Below are positions 28,629 to 39,216 of a stretch of 64,000 bases of DNA, piece by piece. The notes under the pieces were generated by a model that did not search any database, had not been told where the DNA came from, and worked only from the letters and a program-made list of their open reading frames with translations. Positions within the stretch are counted from its first letter, which is position 1. Every line of letters starts with the position of its first letter. Source of the stretch: Alistipes sp. (GTDB lineage Bacteria; Bacteroidota; Bacteroidia; Bacteroidales; Rikenellaceae); assembly GCA_017398695.1 (NCBI GenBank), contig JAFQFG010000193.1, forward strand, positions 2,542-66,541. Direction: 5' to 3'. The translations under genes were made by a program, and so were the position numbers.

Positions 28629-31600
28629 ATGAACAACTACCGTATTTTTGTCGAGAAACGCCCGTTGTATCGTGTCGAGGCGGAGAGTATGCGCCGCGAA
28701 TTGAACGAGCATCTGGGTCTTGCGATGGGCGAGTTACGCCTGTTGAATGTCTATGATCTGTTCGGCTTCACGCCCGAACTGCTTGAGGAGAGCCGCTACC
28801 GTGTCTTTGGCGAGAAGGTGACCGACACCGTGACTGATGTGTGTGATTTGGAGGGTAAGCGTTACCTCGCTGTGGAGTATCTTCCCGGTCAGTTCGACCA
28901 GCGTGCTGCTTCGGCTGAGGAGTGTGTGCGCCTAATCGAGCCTACGGCCGATATCCGCATCCGCAGCTCGCGACTGATGGTTTTTGATGCGACCGTGTCG
29001 GAGAAGGATTTGGAGCGTATCCGCCACTATGTAATCAACAAGGTCGATTCGCGTGAGAAGAATCTTGGACAGCTCGGAATGATGGAGAACCCTCCGGTGA
29101 AGGCTGTGCCGGTGCTTGAGGGCTTTACGGAGATGGATGAGAGCAATGCCGAGAAATATTGCCGCGAGATGGGTCTTGCGATGAATGGCGATGACCTGCG
29201 CGAGGTTATCCGCTACTTCCGTGAGGAGGGTCGTGACCCGTATGAAACGGAGTTGCGTATTTTGGATACATACTGGAGTGATCACTGCCGCCATACAACC
29301 TTTACTACGGTGTTGGACGATATCGAGGTTGAGGAGTCGTTTGTGAAGGAGGAGATCGAGTCGACGCTGGCTCTCTATTTGAAGATGCGTCGTGATCTCA
29401 ATCGTGAACATAAGAGCGTCTGCCTGATGGATTTGGCTACAATCGGTGCGCGTTATCTGCGTCAGAACGGATTCCTTGATGACCTTGAGGTGAGCGAGGA
29501 GAATAATGCGTGCAGTGTATTCATAACCATTGAGGTTGATGGTAAGCCCGAAAAGTGGCTTCTGCAGTTCAAGAACGAGACCCATAACCATCCGACCGAG
29601 ATTGAGCCGTTTGGCGGTGCTTCGACATGTTTGGGAGGAGCTATTCGTGATCCGCTGTCGGGACGTAGCTACGTATACCAGGCTATGCGTGTGACGGGAG
29701 CCGGCGACATCTATAAGCCCGTAAATGAGACCCTTGAAGGTAAGTTGCCGCAGCGAGTGATCAGCACGAAGGCAGCTTCGGGATATTCGAGTTATGGTAA
29801 CCAGATTGGTCTTGCAACGACTCATGTGCGCGAGATTTTCCACGATGGATATACTGCCAAGCGTCTGGAGGTGGGTGCTGTTGTCGGAGCTGTGAAGGCC
29901 GAGAATGTGCGTCGTGAGCGTCCGACGGCAGGAGATGTTGTTCTGTTGCTCGGTGGCCGTACGGGTCGTGACGGTATCGGTGGAGCGACCGGTTCGTCGA
30001 AGGAGCATACGGCAACCTCGCTCGAGGAGTGCGGCAGCGAGGTGCAGAAGGGTAATGCTCCCGAAGAGCGCAAACTCTCGCGTCTGTTCCGTCGTCCGGA
30101 GGTTACGCGCCTTATTAAGAAATCGAACGACTTTGGTGCAGGAGGTGTGAGTGTGGCTATCGGAGAGTTGGCCGATGGTCTGGATATCTACCTCGACCGT
30201 GTGCCTACAAAATATAGCGGTCTGAACTCGACAGAGTTGGCTATCAGCGAGTCGCAGGAGCGTATGTCGGTGGTTATCGAGCCGAAGGATGTCGAGGAGT
30301 TTAAGCGGTATTGTGCCGAGGAGAATGTTGAGGTTACGCATGTAGCTGATGTGACCGATACGGAGCGTATGCGCATGTTCAACAAGGGCGAGAAGGTTGT
30401 CGATATGGCTCGTAGCTTTATTGATAGTGCCGGTGCGCCTCACTATGCCAAGGCGACGATTGCAGCCGTTGAGGAGTGTAACCCCTTCGAGCGTAAGTTG
30501 GAGGGTGCGACTCTGACCGAGAAGATGGTGGCAAACCTGTCGGATAAAAATGTGGTTTCGCAACGAGGCCTCGTCGAGATGTTCGACTCGACTATCGGAG
30601 CCTCGACCGTGCTGATGCCCTTTGGTGGTCGCACGCAGGATACCGAGACTCAGGTGTCGGTGCAGAAGATTCCGGTAGGCAAGGGCTACACCGATGCTGC
30701 CAGCATCATGGCATTCGGCTACAATCCTTTCATTGCAGAGTGGAGCCCCTATCATGGTGCAGCGTACTCGGTCATTGAGGCTGTGACAAAGGTGGTGGCT
30801 GCCGGTGCCGAGTTTGATAATATGCGTTTCTCGTATCAGGAGTATTTTGAGCGTATGACTGCTGATCGCACAACGTGGGGTAAGCCCCTGGCAGCTCTGC
30901 TCGGAGCTCTGAAGATGCAGGAGGAGTTGAAGCTCGCCTCGATCGGAGGTAAGGACTCGATGAGCGGAACTTTCGGCGAGCTGAATGTGCCGCCGATGTT
31001 GATGGCATTCGGTATTACGACCGTAGATGCCAAGCGAGTTATCAGCCCCGAGTTCAAGCAGGCCGGTAACTACATATATATTATAAAGCACACCCCACTC
31101 GAGTCTTTGATGCCCGATACGGAGCAACTGCGTAAGAACTATGGTTATGTCAGTGGTGCTATTGCCGACGGAACGATAGTTTCGGGCTATGCTGTGGGCT
31201 TCGGTGGTGTTGCGGAGGCGTTGGCGAAGATGTCGTTCGGTAACCGCATCGGTGCCGAGTGTCAGATGACGGAGTCGATGCTCTTCGATTACGCATACGG
31301 TTCGATTGTGGTTGAGAGTGTCAAACCTCTCGATTTTGAGAATGCTCTGCAGCTGGGTCGCACTTGCGAGGAGCAGACACTCGTCATCAATGGCGAGAAG
31401 ATGCCGCTCGAGATGTTGCGCAAGGCCAATACCGAGCGCTTTACGTCGGTATATCCCGATAAGGGTAATAATCAGGCTCCGATGGCGGAGTATGCTTCTG
31501 AGGCTGTACGTATGGCCAAGTGGGAGGGTGAGCCTGTGGCGCATCCGGTGGCATATCTGCCCGTATTCCCCGGCACGAACTGCGATTACGATACGGCTCG

Positions 31601-32342
31601 AGCATTCCGTAAGGCGGGTGCCGAGATTACCACAAGCGTATTCCGTAACCTTACGGCAACCGACATATCGGAATCGATTGCCGAGATGAAACAATATATC
31701 GACAAGTGTCACATCTTTGTGCTGAGTGGTGGTTTCTCGGCCGGTGATGAGCCGGATGGTAGCGGTAAGTTTATCTGCTCGGTGCTGGGTAATAAGGATA
31801 TCACCGAGGCAATCCACGCTCTGCTCGACAGAGGAGGTCTGGTGCTCGGTATCTGCAACGGCTTCCAAGCCCTCGTTAAGTCGGGTCTGCTGCCCTATGG
31901 ACGATTGGGCAAGGTTACCGAGGCATCGCCTACGCTCTTCCGCAATGATGTCAATCGCCACATCTCGCAGATAGTGACTACGCGCGTCGAGGCGGTCACT
32001 TCGCCTTGGCTCAAGGGCTTTGAGGCGGGCGATTTGCACTCTATCGCTGTGAGCCACGGAGAGGGTAAGTTTATGGTGAGCGCAGAGCTTGCCGAGCAGC
32101 TGTTCCGTAACGGACAGGTGGCATTCCGCTACTGCGATGCGGAGGGTCAGCCCACGGCAGAGGCTCCCTTCAACCCGAATGGCTCGTTCTACGCAATCGA
32201 GGGTATCACCGACCCGACCGGTCGAATCCTTGGTAAGATGGGCCATACGGAGCGTTACGAAGAGTGCTTGATGAAGAATATTGCAGGAGAGAAGATGCAA
32301 AACCTCTTTGCGAATGCGGTAAGTTATTTCCGCGGAGAGTAG
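28629..32342 (+). CDS. purL: Large fused FGAM synthase (Clostridia-like long PurL)
   Basis: WSDHCRH, ETHNHPT, GGKDSMSG; intact glutaminase motifs PGTNC, GICNGFQ, HGEG, GHTER. Confidence 0.95.
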   Translation: MNNYRIFVEKRPLYRVEAESMRRELNEHLGLAMGELRLLNVYDLFGFTPELLEESRYRVFGEKVTDTVTDVCDLEGKRYLAVEYLPGQFDQRAASAEECVRLIEPTADIRIRSSRLMVFDATVSEKDLERIRHYVINKVDSREKNLGQLGMMENPPVKAVPVLEGFTEMDESNAEKYCREMGLAMNGDDLREVIRYFREEGRDPYETELRILDTYWSDHCRHTTFTTVLDDIEVEESFVKEEIESTLALYLKMRRDLNREHKSVCLMDLATIGARYLRQNGFLDDLEVSEENNACSVFITIEVDGKPEKWLLQFKNETHNHPTEIEPFGGASTCLGGAIRDPLSGRSYVYQAMRVTGAGDIYKPVNETLEGKLPQRVISTKAASGYSSYGNQIGLATTHVREIFHDGYTAKRLEVGAVVGAVKAENVRRERPTAGDVVLLLGGRTGRDGIGGATGSSKEHTATSLEECGSEVQKGNAPEERKLSRLFRRPEVTRLIKKSNDFGAGGVSVAIGELADGLDIYLDRVPTKYSGLNSTELAISESQERMSVVIEPKDVEEFKRYCAEENVEVTHVADVTDTERMRMFNKGEKVVDMARSFIDSAGAPHYAKATIAAVEECNPFERKLEGATLTEKMVANLSDKNVVSQRGLVEMFDSTIGASTVLMPFGGRTQDTETQVSVQKIPVGKGYTDAASIMAFGYNPFIAEWSPYHGAAYSVIEAVTKVVAAGAEFDNMRFSYQEYFERMTADRTTWGKPLAALLGALKMQEELKLASIGGKDSMSGTFGELNVPPMLMAFGITTVDAKRVISPEFKQAGNYIYIIKHTPLESLMPDTEQLRKNYGYVSGAIADGTIVSGYAVGFGGVAEALAKMSFGNRIGAECQMTESMLFDYAYGSIVVESVKPLDFENALQLGRTCEEQTLVINGEKMPLEMLRKANTERFTSVYPDKGNNQAPMAEYASEAVRMAKWEGEPVAHPVAYLPVFPGTNCDYDTARAFRKAGAEITTSVFRNLTATDISESIAEMKQYIDKCHIFVLSGGFSAGDEPDGSGKFICSVLGNKDITEAIHALLDRGGLVLGICNGFQALVKSGLLPYGRLGKVTEASPTLFRNDVNRHISQIVTTRVEAVTSPWLKGFEAGDLHSIAVSHGEGKFMVSAELAEQLFRNGQVAFRYCDAEGQPTAEAPFNPNGSFYAIEGITDPTGRILGKMGHTERYEECLMKNIAGEKMQNLFANAVSYFRGE

Positions 32343-32377
32343 ATAGCAATGGTTAGTTATAAAGTTTATAAAGGAAA

Positions 32378-33745
32378 ATGAGTGTTTTAGGTGTTTATGG
32401 AGTAGGTCAGGCAGCTTCGCTTATCTACTATGGTCTGCATACGATGCAGCATCGAGGTCAGGAGGGTTGTGGTATTGTGAGTGTTGATGCGGATGGCAAG
32501 ATGCACCGTCATCGTGGTAAGGGCTTAGTGTCGGAGGTCTTCAACGAGTCGAAGATGCAGGAGTTGAGCGGAAGTATGGCCATAGGTCATGTGCTCTATA
32601 CGGGAGCAGCAAGCCGCAGTGTCGATAATATCCAGCCTCTCTTTTTTCACCACGGGTCCGGTGATTTTGCAGTGGCAAACAATGGTAATATAGTCAATGC
32701 AAAGCAGTTGCGTACTGAACTCGAGAACAAGGGTTCGCTCTTCCACTCGAAGACCGATAGTGAGTTGCTTGCGCACCTTATCAAGAAGGAGTCGCCCGAG
32801 GAGCCGCGTATCAACTCGATAATCTCAGCGCTGAATATGCTCGAAGGAGCCTTTGCGTTTCTGATTATGACCAAGAACCGAATCTATGCTTGTCGCGATA
32901 AGTATGGCCTGCATCCGCTCTCGATTGGTCGCCTGGGTGAGGGATATGTCGTGGCGAGTGAGAGTTGTGCTTTCGACACGATGGGAGCCGAGTTTCTGCG
33001 CGATATCGAGCCGGGCGAGATTGTGACTATCGACCATAAGGGTCTGCGTTCGTCGCGCTATACTGAGCAGACGCTTCGCAAGATGTGTGCTATGGAGTAT
33101 ATCTACTTTGCACGTCCCGATAGCGATATCGAGGGTTGTAATGTCCACGCCTATCGCAAGGAGTCGGGCCGTCGACTCTATAGGGAGGCACCTGCTGAGG
33201 CTGATATCGTCATCGGAGTGCCCGATTCGAGCCTTTCAGCTGCGCAAGGCTATAGCGAGGCGAGTGGTCTGCCCTGCGAGATGGGACTGATCAAGAATAA
33301 ATATGTGGGTCGAACTTTTATCCAACCCTCGCAGGAGTTGCGTGAGTTGGGCGTGAAGATGAAACTTTCAGCCGTACGCAGTATTGTGAGTGGAAAGAGG
33401 GTGGTTATGGTGGATGACTCGATTGTTCGCGGAACCACTTCGCGCCGTATCGTCGACCTGTTGCGCAATGCGGGAGCTACGGAGGTGCATGTCCGTATCG
33501 CAAGTCCTACGATGACCCACCCCTGTTTCTATGGTGTGGATACCTCGACTCTGGATGAGCTGATGTTGGCTAACCACTCGGTTGAGGAGTCTTGTCGACT
33601 CATTGGAGCCGACTCGTTGGCATTCCTCTCGTACGATGCTACGCTGTACTCGGCTGTGGGTCGTTGTGATATGTGTCTGGCATGCTTTAATGGTGACTAT
33701 CCGACCCCATTGTACGAAAAAGTGGAAAATGCTAATAAGTTTTAA
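32378..33745 (+). CDS. purF: Amidophosphoribosyltransferase lacking the N-terminal catalytic Cys
   Basis: QHRGQE, EYIYFARPDS, VDDSIVRGTTS PRPP loop, Fe-S Cys (CAMEY, PCFYG, CLAC); N-terminus MSVLGVYG with an in-frame TAA at 32369. Confidence 0.9.
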   Translation: MSVLGVYGVGQAASLIYYGLHTMQHRGQEGCGIVSVDADGKMHRHRGKGLVSEVFNESKMQELSGSMAIGHVLYTGAASRSVDNIQPLFFHHGSGDFAVANNGNIVNAKQLRTELENKGSLFHSKTDSELLAHLIKKESPEEPRINSIISALNMLEGAFAFLIMTKNRIYACRDKYGLHPLSIGRLGEGYVVASESCAFDTMGAEFLRDIEPGEIVTIDHKGLRSSRYTEQTLRKMCAMEYIYFARPDSDIEGCNVHAYRKESGRRLYREAPAEADIVIGVPDSSLSAAQGYSEASGLPCEMGLIKNKYVGRTFIQPSQELRELGVKMKLSAVRSIVSGKRVVMVDDSIVRGTTSRRIVDLLRNAGATEVHVRIASPTMTHPCFYGVDTSTLDELMLANHSVEESCRLIGADSLAFLSYDATLYSAVGRCDMCLACFNGDYPTPLYEKVENANKF

Positions 33746-33775
33746 TGATTTGATTATAAACAAAATAGAAAAGAT

Positions 33776-34804
33776 ATGGCAGAAAGTTATGAAAAGGCAG
33801 GCGTGAACCTCGAAGCAGGCTACGAGGTTGTTAAGCGTATCAAAAAACACGTTGCATCGACTTCGCGTACAGGCGTAATGGGTAATATCGGTGCTTTCGG
33901 AGGCATGTTCGATTTGGCAGCTCTCGGTGTTGAGGAGCCGGTGCTCGTCAGCGGTACGGATGGCGTGGGAACCAAACTCAAGTTGGCTTTCGAGATGGAT
34001 AAGCACGACACTATCGGTATTGATGCTGTAGCGATGTGCGTGAACGATGTGCTGGCACAGGGTGCCGAGCCGTTGTTCTTCTTGGATTATGTGGCTGTGG
34101 GTCACAACGAGCCGGCCAAGATTGAGGCTATCGTCAGCGGTGTTGCCGAGGGTTGCCGTCAGGCGGGCTGCGCACTTATCGGAGGCGAGACTGCCGAGAT
34201 GCCGGGTATGTATGGCGGTGGCGAGTATGATATCGCAGGCTTTACGTGCGGTGTTGTCGAGCGCAAGAAGCTTATCGACGGCACGAAGGTAAAGGTTGGA
34301 GATGTGTTGGTTGGTGTGGCATCGAGCGGTGTGCACTCCAACGGTTTTTCGTTGGTGCGTAAGGTCGTTTCGGATAACGAACTCGACTTGAAGAGGGTAT
34401 ATCCCGAACTCCATGCCGAGAAGTGCTTGGGCGAGGTGCTGCTCACCCCGACTCAAATCTACGTTAAGCAGGTGTTGGAGGTTGTTCGCGGTTGTGATGT
34501 TCACGGCATCAGCCACATCACGGGTGGCGGTTTTGACGAGAATATTCCGCGAATTCTGCGCGAAGGTCAGGGCGTCGAGGTCAAGGAGGGCTCATGGGAG
34601 ATTCTGCCCGTCTTTGCATTCCTTGAGAAGTATGGTAAGATTGCCCACCGCGAGATGTTCAACATCTTCAATATGGGTGTGGGTATGGTTATCGCTCTCG
34701 ACGAGTCGGAGGCCGATAAGACGATGGAAATCCTCGCCAAGAATGGCTTGAAGGCTTCGGTTATCGGTCGTGTGGTCGAGGGCGAAGGTGTAACCTTGCT
34801 CTAA
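33776..34804 (+). CDS. purM: AIR synthetase
   Basis: [34 protein letters not shown]. Confidence 0.96.
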   Translation: MAESYEKAGVNLEAGYEVVKRIKKHVASTSRTGVMGNIGAFGGMFDLAALGVEEPVLVSGTDGVGTKLKLAFEMDKHDTIGIDAVAMCVNDVLAQGAEPLFFLDYVAVGHNEPAKIEAIVSGVAEGCRQAGCALIGGETAEMPGMYGGGEYDIAGFTCGVVERKKLIDGTKVKVGDVLVGVASSGVHSNGFSLVRKVVSDNELDLKRVYPELHAEKCLGEVLLTPTQIYVKQVLEVVRGCDVHGISHITGGGFDENIPRILREGQGVEVKEGSWEILPVFAFLEKYGKIAHREMFNIFNMGVGMVIALDESEADKTMEILAKNGLKASVIGRVVEGEGVTLL

Positions 34805-34814
34805 GTCGACAGCG

Positions 34815-35393
34815 ATGGCTACCAAGCGATTGGCTGTATTTGCCAGCGGCAATGGCTCGAACTTCGAGGCCATTGTGCGGGCGTGTCGAAGCGGGCGTAT
34901 ACGCGGTGAGGTGGTGTTGCTCGTCTGCGACAAGCCACAGGCGTATGTTCTCCGTCGTGCCAAAGAGTACGGCATTGAGGCTTTTGCCTTCTCGGCAAAG
35001 GATTACGCCTCGAAGGGTGAGTACGAACGCGAAATCGTGGCTCTTCTCGACTCGCACAAGGTCGATTTGGTCTGCTTGGCGGGCTATATGCGACTGCTGT
35101 CGAGTGTGTTGCTCGAGAGCTATGGTGGCCGTATAATAAATATTCATCCCTCGCTACTGCCGGCATTCAAGGGCGCACGAGCTATCGAGCAGGCGTTCGA
35201 GTATGGGGTGAAGATATATGGCGTGACGATCCACTTTGTTGAGGAGGCTATGGATGGTGGCGAGATAATCTCGCAGCAGGCCTTCCCGTATGAGGGTAGC
35301 GACTTCGATGAGTTGGAGCGGATGATTCACGCGCTGGAACACGAATTATATATAAATACAATAAATAAATTAATAGCAGAAAGCAGAATATGA
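34815..35393 (+). CDS. purN: Phosphoribosylglycinamide formyltransferase
   Basis: ASGNGSN, LAGYMR, NIHPSLLP, TIHFV..MDGG. Confidence 0.95.
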   Translation: MATKRLAVFASGNGSNFEAIVRACRSGRIRGEVVLLVCDKPQAYVLRRAKEYGIEAFAFSAKDYASKGEYEREIVALLDSHKVDLVCLAGYMRLLSSVLLESYGGRIINIHPSLLPAFKGARAIEQAFEYGVKIYGVTIHFVEEAMDGGEIISQQAFPYEGSDFDELERMIHALEHELYINTINKLIAESRI

Positions 35394-36919
35394 GAGCATT
35401 AGTAAGCGTTAGCGACAAAGAGGGCGTAGTTGCCTTTGCTCAATCCCTTCGCCGTTTAGGCTGGGAGATTATCGCCACGGGCGGTACGATGAAACTCCTG
35501 CGCGAGAGTGGCGTGGAGGTTATCAACATCAGCGATGTTACGGGTTTCCCCGAGATTTGTGACGGTCGAGTGAAGACTCTCCACCCGAAGGTGCATGGAG
35601 GTCTGTTGGCTCGTCGCGATGATGAGTCCCACCTGGAGGCTCTGCGCGAGAACAGCATCGAGTTTATCGATATGGTCTGCGTGAATCTCTATCCGTTCCG
35701 TCGCACAATCTCGAATCCTGATGTGACGATGGAAGATGCGGTCGAAAATATCGACATCGGTGGTCCTTCGATGTTGCGCAGCGCAGCCAAGAATTTCAAG
35801 GATGTGACGGTTGTGTGCGATCCCTCGGACTATGAGCGTATCATCGCCGAAATCGAGGCTTCGGGCAATACAACCCTCGAAACGCGCCTCGAACTCTCGG
35901 CCAAGGCTTATACTCACACTGCAGAGTACGACGCTTGCATTGCAACATATATGCGCAAGCAGGCGGGTCTGAACGAGAAACTTTTCCTCAATTTCGATCT
36001 TGCACAGACCCTGCGCTATGGAGAGAATCCCCACCAAAGCGCGAAGTTCTATCGTCAGTCGGAGCCGGTACCCTTCTCGTTGGCATTTGGTCGCCAGCTG
36101 AATGGTAAGGAGCTCTCGTACAACAATATTCAGGATGCCAACGCAGCACTCAATATCGTGCGTGAGTTCGATGAGCCCTTCTGCGTGGGACTGAAGCACA
36201 TGAATCCCTGCGGTGCAGCGGTAGGTAAAGATGTCTTCGAGGCGTGGACAAAGGCCTATGAGGCTGATAAGGTGAGCATCTTCGGTGGTATCGTTGCCGT
36301 AAATCGCGAACTTGATGCCGCTACGGCAGAGGCTATGAAGCCCATCTTCCTCGAGATTATCATCGCCCCCTCGTTCTCGAAGGAGGCCCTCGAAATCCTT
36401 TCGACCAAGAAGAATCTGCGCCTTATGGAGGTCGATATGACCCGCACGGGCGAGAAGGCTATGCAGTATGTAAGCGTCAATGGCGGACTGCTGACACAGC
36501 ACCTCGATACCGAGACCCTCGAGGTTAAGGAGGAGATGACGGTAACTACAGCTCGTCCTACTGCAGAGCAGTTGGCAGATATGAACTTCGCTTGGCGTAT
36601 CGTGAAGCACGTCAAGTCGAATGCAATTGTTGCCGTTAAGGGTGGTTGTACCCTCGGAGTCGGTGCCGGTCAGATGAATCGTGTCGGCTCGGCTCATATC
36701 GCTCTCGAAGAGGCCAAGGAGAAGGGTGTTACCGAGGGCTTGGTGCTCGGTTCGGACGGTTTCTTCCCCTTCGATGATACGGTTACTCTGGCAGCGCAGT
36801 ATGGTGTGACGGCTGTTGTACAGCCCGGAGGCAGTGTGCGCGACGAGGACTCTATCAACAAGGCCAACGAACTCGGTATGGTGATGGCGTTTACCGGCAT
36901 GCGCCACTTCAAACATTAG
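35390..36919 (+). CDS. purH: Bifunctional AICAR transformylase / IMP cyclohydrolase
   Basis: SVSDK, GRVKTLHP, IDIGGPS, RYGENPHQ, KHVKSN, SDGFFPF. Confidence 0.96.
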   Translation: MRALVSVSDKEGVVAFAQSLRRLGWEIIATGGTMKLLRESGVEVINISDVTGFPEICDGRVKTLHPKVHGGLLARRDDESHLEALRENSIEFIDMVCVNLYPFRRTISNPDVTMEDAVENIDIGGPSMLRSAAKNFKDVTVVCDPSDYERIIAEIEASGNTTLETRLELSAKAYTHTAEYDACIATYMRKQAGLNEKLFLNFDLAQTLRYGENPHQSAKFYRQSEPVPFSLAFGRQLNGKELSYNNIQDANAALNIVREFDEPFCVGLKHMNPCGAAVGKDVFEAWTKAYEADKVSIFGGIVAVNRELDAATAEAMKPIFLEIIIAPSFSKEALEILSTKKNLRLMEVDMTRTGEKAMQYVSVNGGLLTQHLDTETLEVKEEMTVTTARPTAEQLADMNFAWRIVKHVKSNAIVAVKGGCTLGVGAGQMNRVGSAHIALEEAKEKGVTEGLVLGSDGFFPFDDTVTLAAQYGVTAVVQPGGSVRDEDSINKANELGMVMAFTGMRHFKH

Positions 36920-37040
36920 AATTTGTCTAAAAGGCAATTTTGGTGTTATACGAGACCGAGCGAAAAGGTCACATACTGTGAGTATGCTTCCTCTTCGCTC
37001 GATCTCGCAAGCCTAAAAATTTCACTTTTATACAAATTCT
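36918..37040. mobile_element. MITE-like palindromic repeat, family B, copy 1
   Basis: 123 bp; 14/15-nt terminal inverted repeats AGAATTTGT(C/A)TAAAA; inner arms CGAGACCGAGCGAA/TTCGCTCGATCTCG; central CATACT/AGTATG. Confidence 0.65.
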
Positions 37041-37068
37041 CTATCAATTCGAAAAAAAACAAAAAACT

Positions 37069-38313
37069 ATGAAAGTTTTGGTTATAGGCAGTGGCGGCCG
37101 TGAACACGCCATAGTCGATGCGCTCTCGCGCTCGGCTCAGGTGAGCGAGATACTCTGTGCCCCGGGTAATGCCGGCATCGCGCAGCAGGCACGCACATTC
37201 CCCGTTAAGGATACCGATATCGAGGGTCTGTTGAAAATTGCCCTCTACGAAAAGGTCGATTTAACGGTTGTGGGCCCCGAGTCGTCGTTGGCGGCAGGCG
37301 TGGTCGACACTTTTAAGGCTAACGGTCTGCGCATTTTTGGTCCTACGAAGGCGGCAGCCCAGATCGAGTCGAGCAAGGAGTTTGCCAAGAATCTTATGGC
37401 GAAGTACGGCATTCCGACTGCAGGATACGAAACCTTCACCGATTATGAGTCGGCAAAGGCCTATGTGGAGGCCCACTCGCTACCCACGGTGCTGAAATAT
37501 GACGGTCTGGCAGCGGGTAAGGGTGTGGTTATCGCGACAACGCCCGAGGAGGCCGACAGCGCACTGCGCGATATGCTGCTCGACGATAAATTTGGTAAGG
37601 GCAAGGTGGTTATCGAGGAGTTTTTGACCGGTCCCGAGTTCTCGTTGTTGTGCTTCGTGGCGGGCAAGGAGGTGGTGCCTATGGTCTTGGCACAGGATCA
37701 CAAGCGTGCTTACGACAATGACGAGGGCCCCAATACGGGAGGTATGGGAGCCTATTCGCCCCTGCCATTCATCACTGACGAGGATCGCGAGTATGCTCTC
37801 GAGAAGATTATGCGTCCGACGGCTGCGGCCATGGTCGAGGAGGGAGTGCCCTTCTGCGGAGTGCTGTATGGCGGCTTGATGAAGACCCCCGAGGGGGTGA
37901 AGGTCATCGAGTTCAATGCCCGCTTTGGCGATCCCGAGACCGAGGTTGTCCTGCCACGCCTGAAGAGCGATATATACGATATTTTCTGCGCTATTGCCGA
38001 AGGTAGAGGAGCAGAGCCGGAGTGGAGCGACAAGGCAACACTCGGCATTGTGCTGGCATCGAAGGGCTATCCGGGCGATTATGAGAAGGGTCACGTTATC
38101 GAGGGCTTGGATAAGGTAGATGCGAAGGTCTACCACATGGGAACAGCTCTCAAGGATGGTAAACTTGTGACCAATGGAGGACGAGTGCTCTTTGTCGTGG
38201 GTGAGGGTGCCGATTTGAAGGAGGCTCAGCAGGCTGCGCTGGCTGCCGTTGAGCAGATTGAGTGTGACAACCTCTTCCACCGTTCGGATATCGGCCATCA
38301 GGCGATAAAGTAA
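37069..38313 (+). CDS. purD: Phosphoribosylamine-glycine ligase
   Basis: GSGGREHA, GLAAGKGV, QDHKR, GPNTGGMG, EFNARFGDPE. Confidence 0.96.
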   Translation: MKVLVIGSGGREHAIVDALSRSAQVSEILCAPGNAGIAQQARTFPVKDTDIEGLLKIALYEKVDLTVVGPESSLAAGVVDTFKANGLRIFGPTKAAAQIESSKEFAKNLMAKYGIPTAGYETFTDYESAKAYVEAHSLPTVLKYDGLAAGKGVVIATTPEEADSALRDMLLDDKFGKGKVVIEEFLTGPEFSLLCFVAGKEVVPMVLAQDHKRAYDNDEGPNTGGMGAYSPLPFITDEDREYALEKIMRPTAAAMVEEGVPFCGVLYGGLMKTPEGVKVIEFNARFGDPETEVVLPRLKSDIYDIFCAIAEGRGAEPEWSDKATLGIVLASKGYPGDYEKGHVIEGLDKVDAKVYHMGTALKDGKLVTNGGRVLFVVGEGADLKEAQQAALAAVEQIECDNLFHRSDIGHQAIK

Positions 38314-38367
38314 GCGATAAAGTTTGTACTACGTAGTAACATAGAATAATAAAAACCCAATAAAAAT

Positions 38368-39216
38368 ATGATTATAAGCGGAAAAGAGTTGGCATCATCG
38401 CTCAAAGCACAGATGGCTGACGAGGTGGCAACCTTCGAGGAGCGTTATGGTCGTGTACCTCATTTGGCGGTGATCCTCGTGGGTGAGGATCCCGGTAGTG
38501 TCAGCTATGTCACGGGCAAGGCGAAGGCCTCGGCTGAGGTTGGTATCAAGAATACCACTATTCGCCGTCCGGCAACTATCTCCGAGGAGGAGTTGCTCGG
38601 TATCATAGCCGAGCTCAATGCTGATGATGCTGTGGATGGAATCTTGGTGCAGTTGCCTCTGCCCAAGCATATCGACTCGGATAAGGTCATCGCAGCTATC
38701 GACTGCTCGAAGGATGTCGATGGCTTCCACCCGATGAATGTGGCGGCTCTGTGGCAAAAACAACCATGCGTTTTGCCATGCACCCCTAAGGGTATTATCA
38801 AGATGCTGAAGGTGGCCGGTGTGGAGATTGCCGGTAAGAATGCAGTGGTTATCGGCCGCAGCAACATCGTGGGTCTGCCTGTGTCGAAGTTGCTGCTCGA
38901 CGAGAACGCAACCGTCACGATGACACACTCGCGCACCAAGAATCTGGGTGAGGTGACATCAAAGGCCGACATCTTGGTTGTGGCAATAGGTCGTCCTAAA
39001 TTCGTTACGGCAGATATGGTTGGCCAGGGTGCTGTGGTTATTGATGTGGGCGTCAATCGCGATCCTGAGACGGGCAAATTGTGTGGTGATGTCGATTTTG
39101 CCGCCATCGAGCCGAAGGCATCGGTCATCACTCCCGTTCCCGGTGGTGTCGGCCCGATGACTATCTGCTGTTTGATGGAGAATACAATCGAGTGCTTCCT
39201 AAAAAAACAAGCCTAA
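38368..39216 (+). CDS. folD: Methylenetetrahydrofolate dehydrogenase/cyclohydrolase
   Basis: GILVQLPLP, KDVDGFH, PCTP, GRSNIVG, TPVPGGVGPMT. Confidence 0.96.
   Translation: MIISGKELASSLKAQMADEVATFEERYGRVPHLAVILVGEDPGSVSYVTGKAKASAEVGIKNTTIRRPATISEEELLGIIAELNADDAVDGILVQLPLPKHIDSDKVIAAIDCSKDVDGFHPMNVAALWQKQPCVLPCTPKGIIKMLKVAGVEIAGKNAVVIGRSNIVGLPVSKLLLDENATVTMTHSRTKNLGEVTSKADILVVAIGRPKFVTADMVGQGAVVIDVGVNRDPETGKLCGDVDFAAIEPKASVITPVPGGVGPMTICCLMENTIECFLKKQA

Noticed and set aside
28932-32300. 1122-aa antisense ORF opposite purL
   Set aside because: Shadow ORF caused by codon bias of the sense gene; no motifs. Similar shadows occur opposite many genes here.
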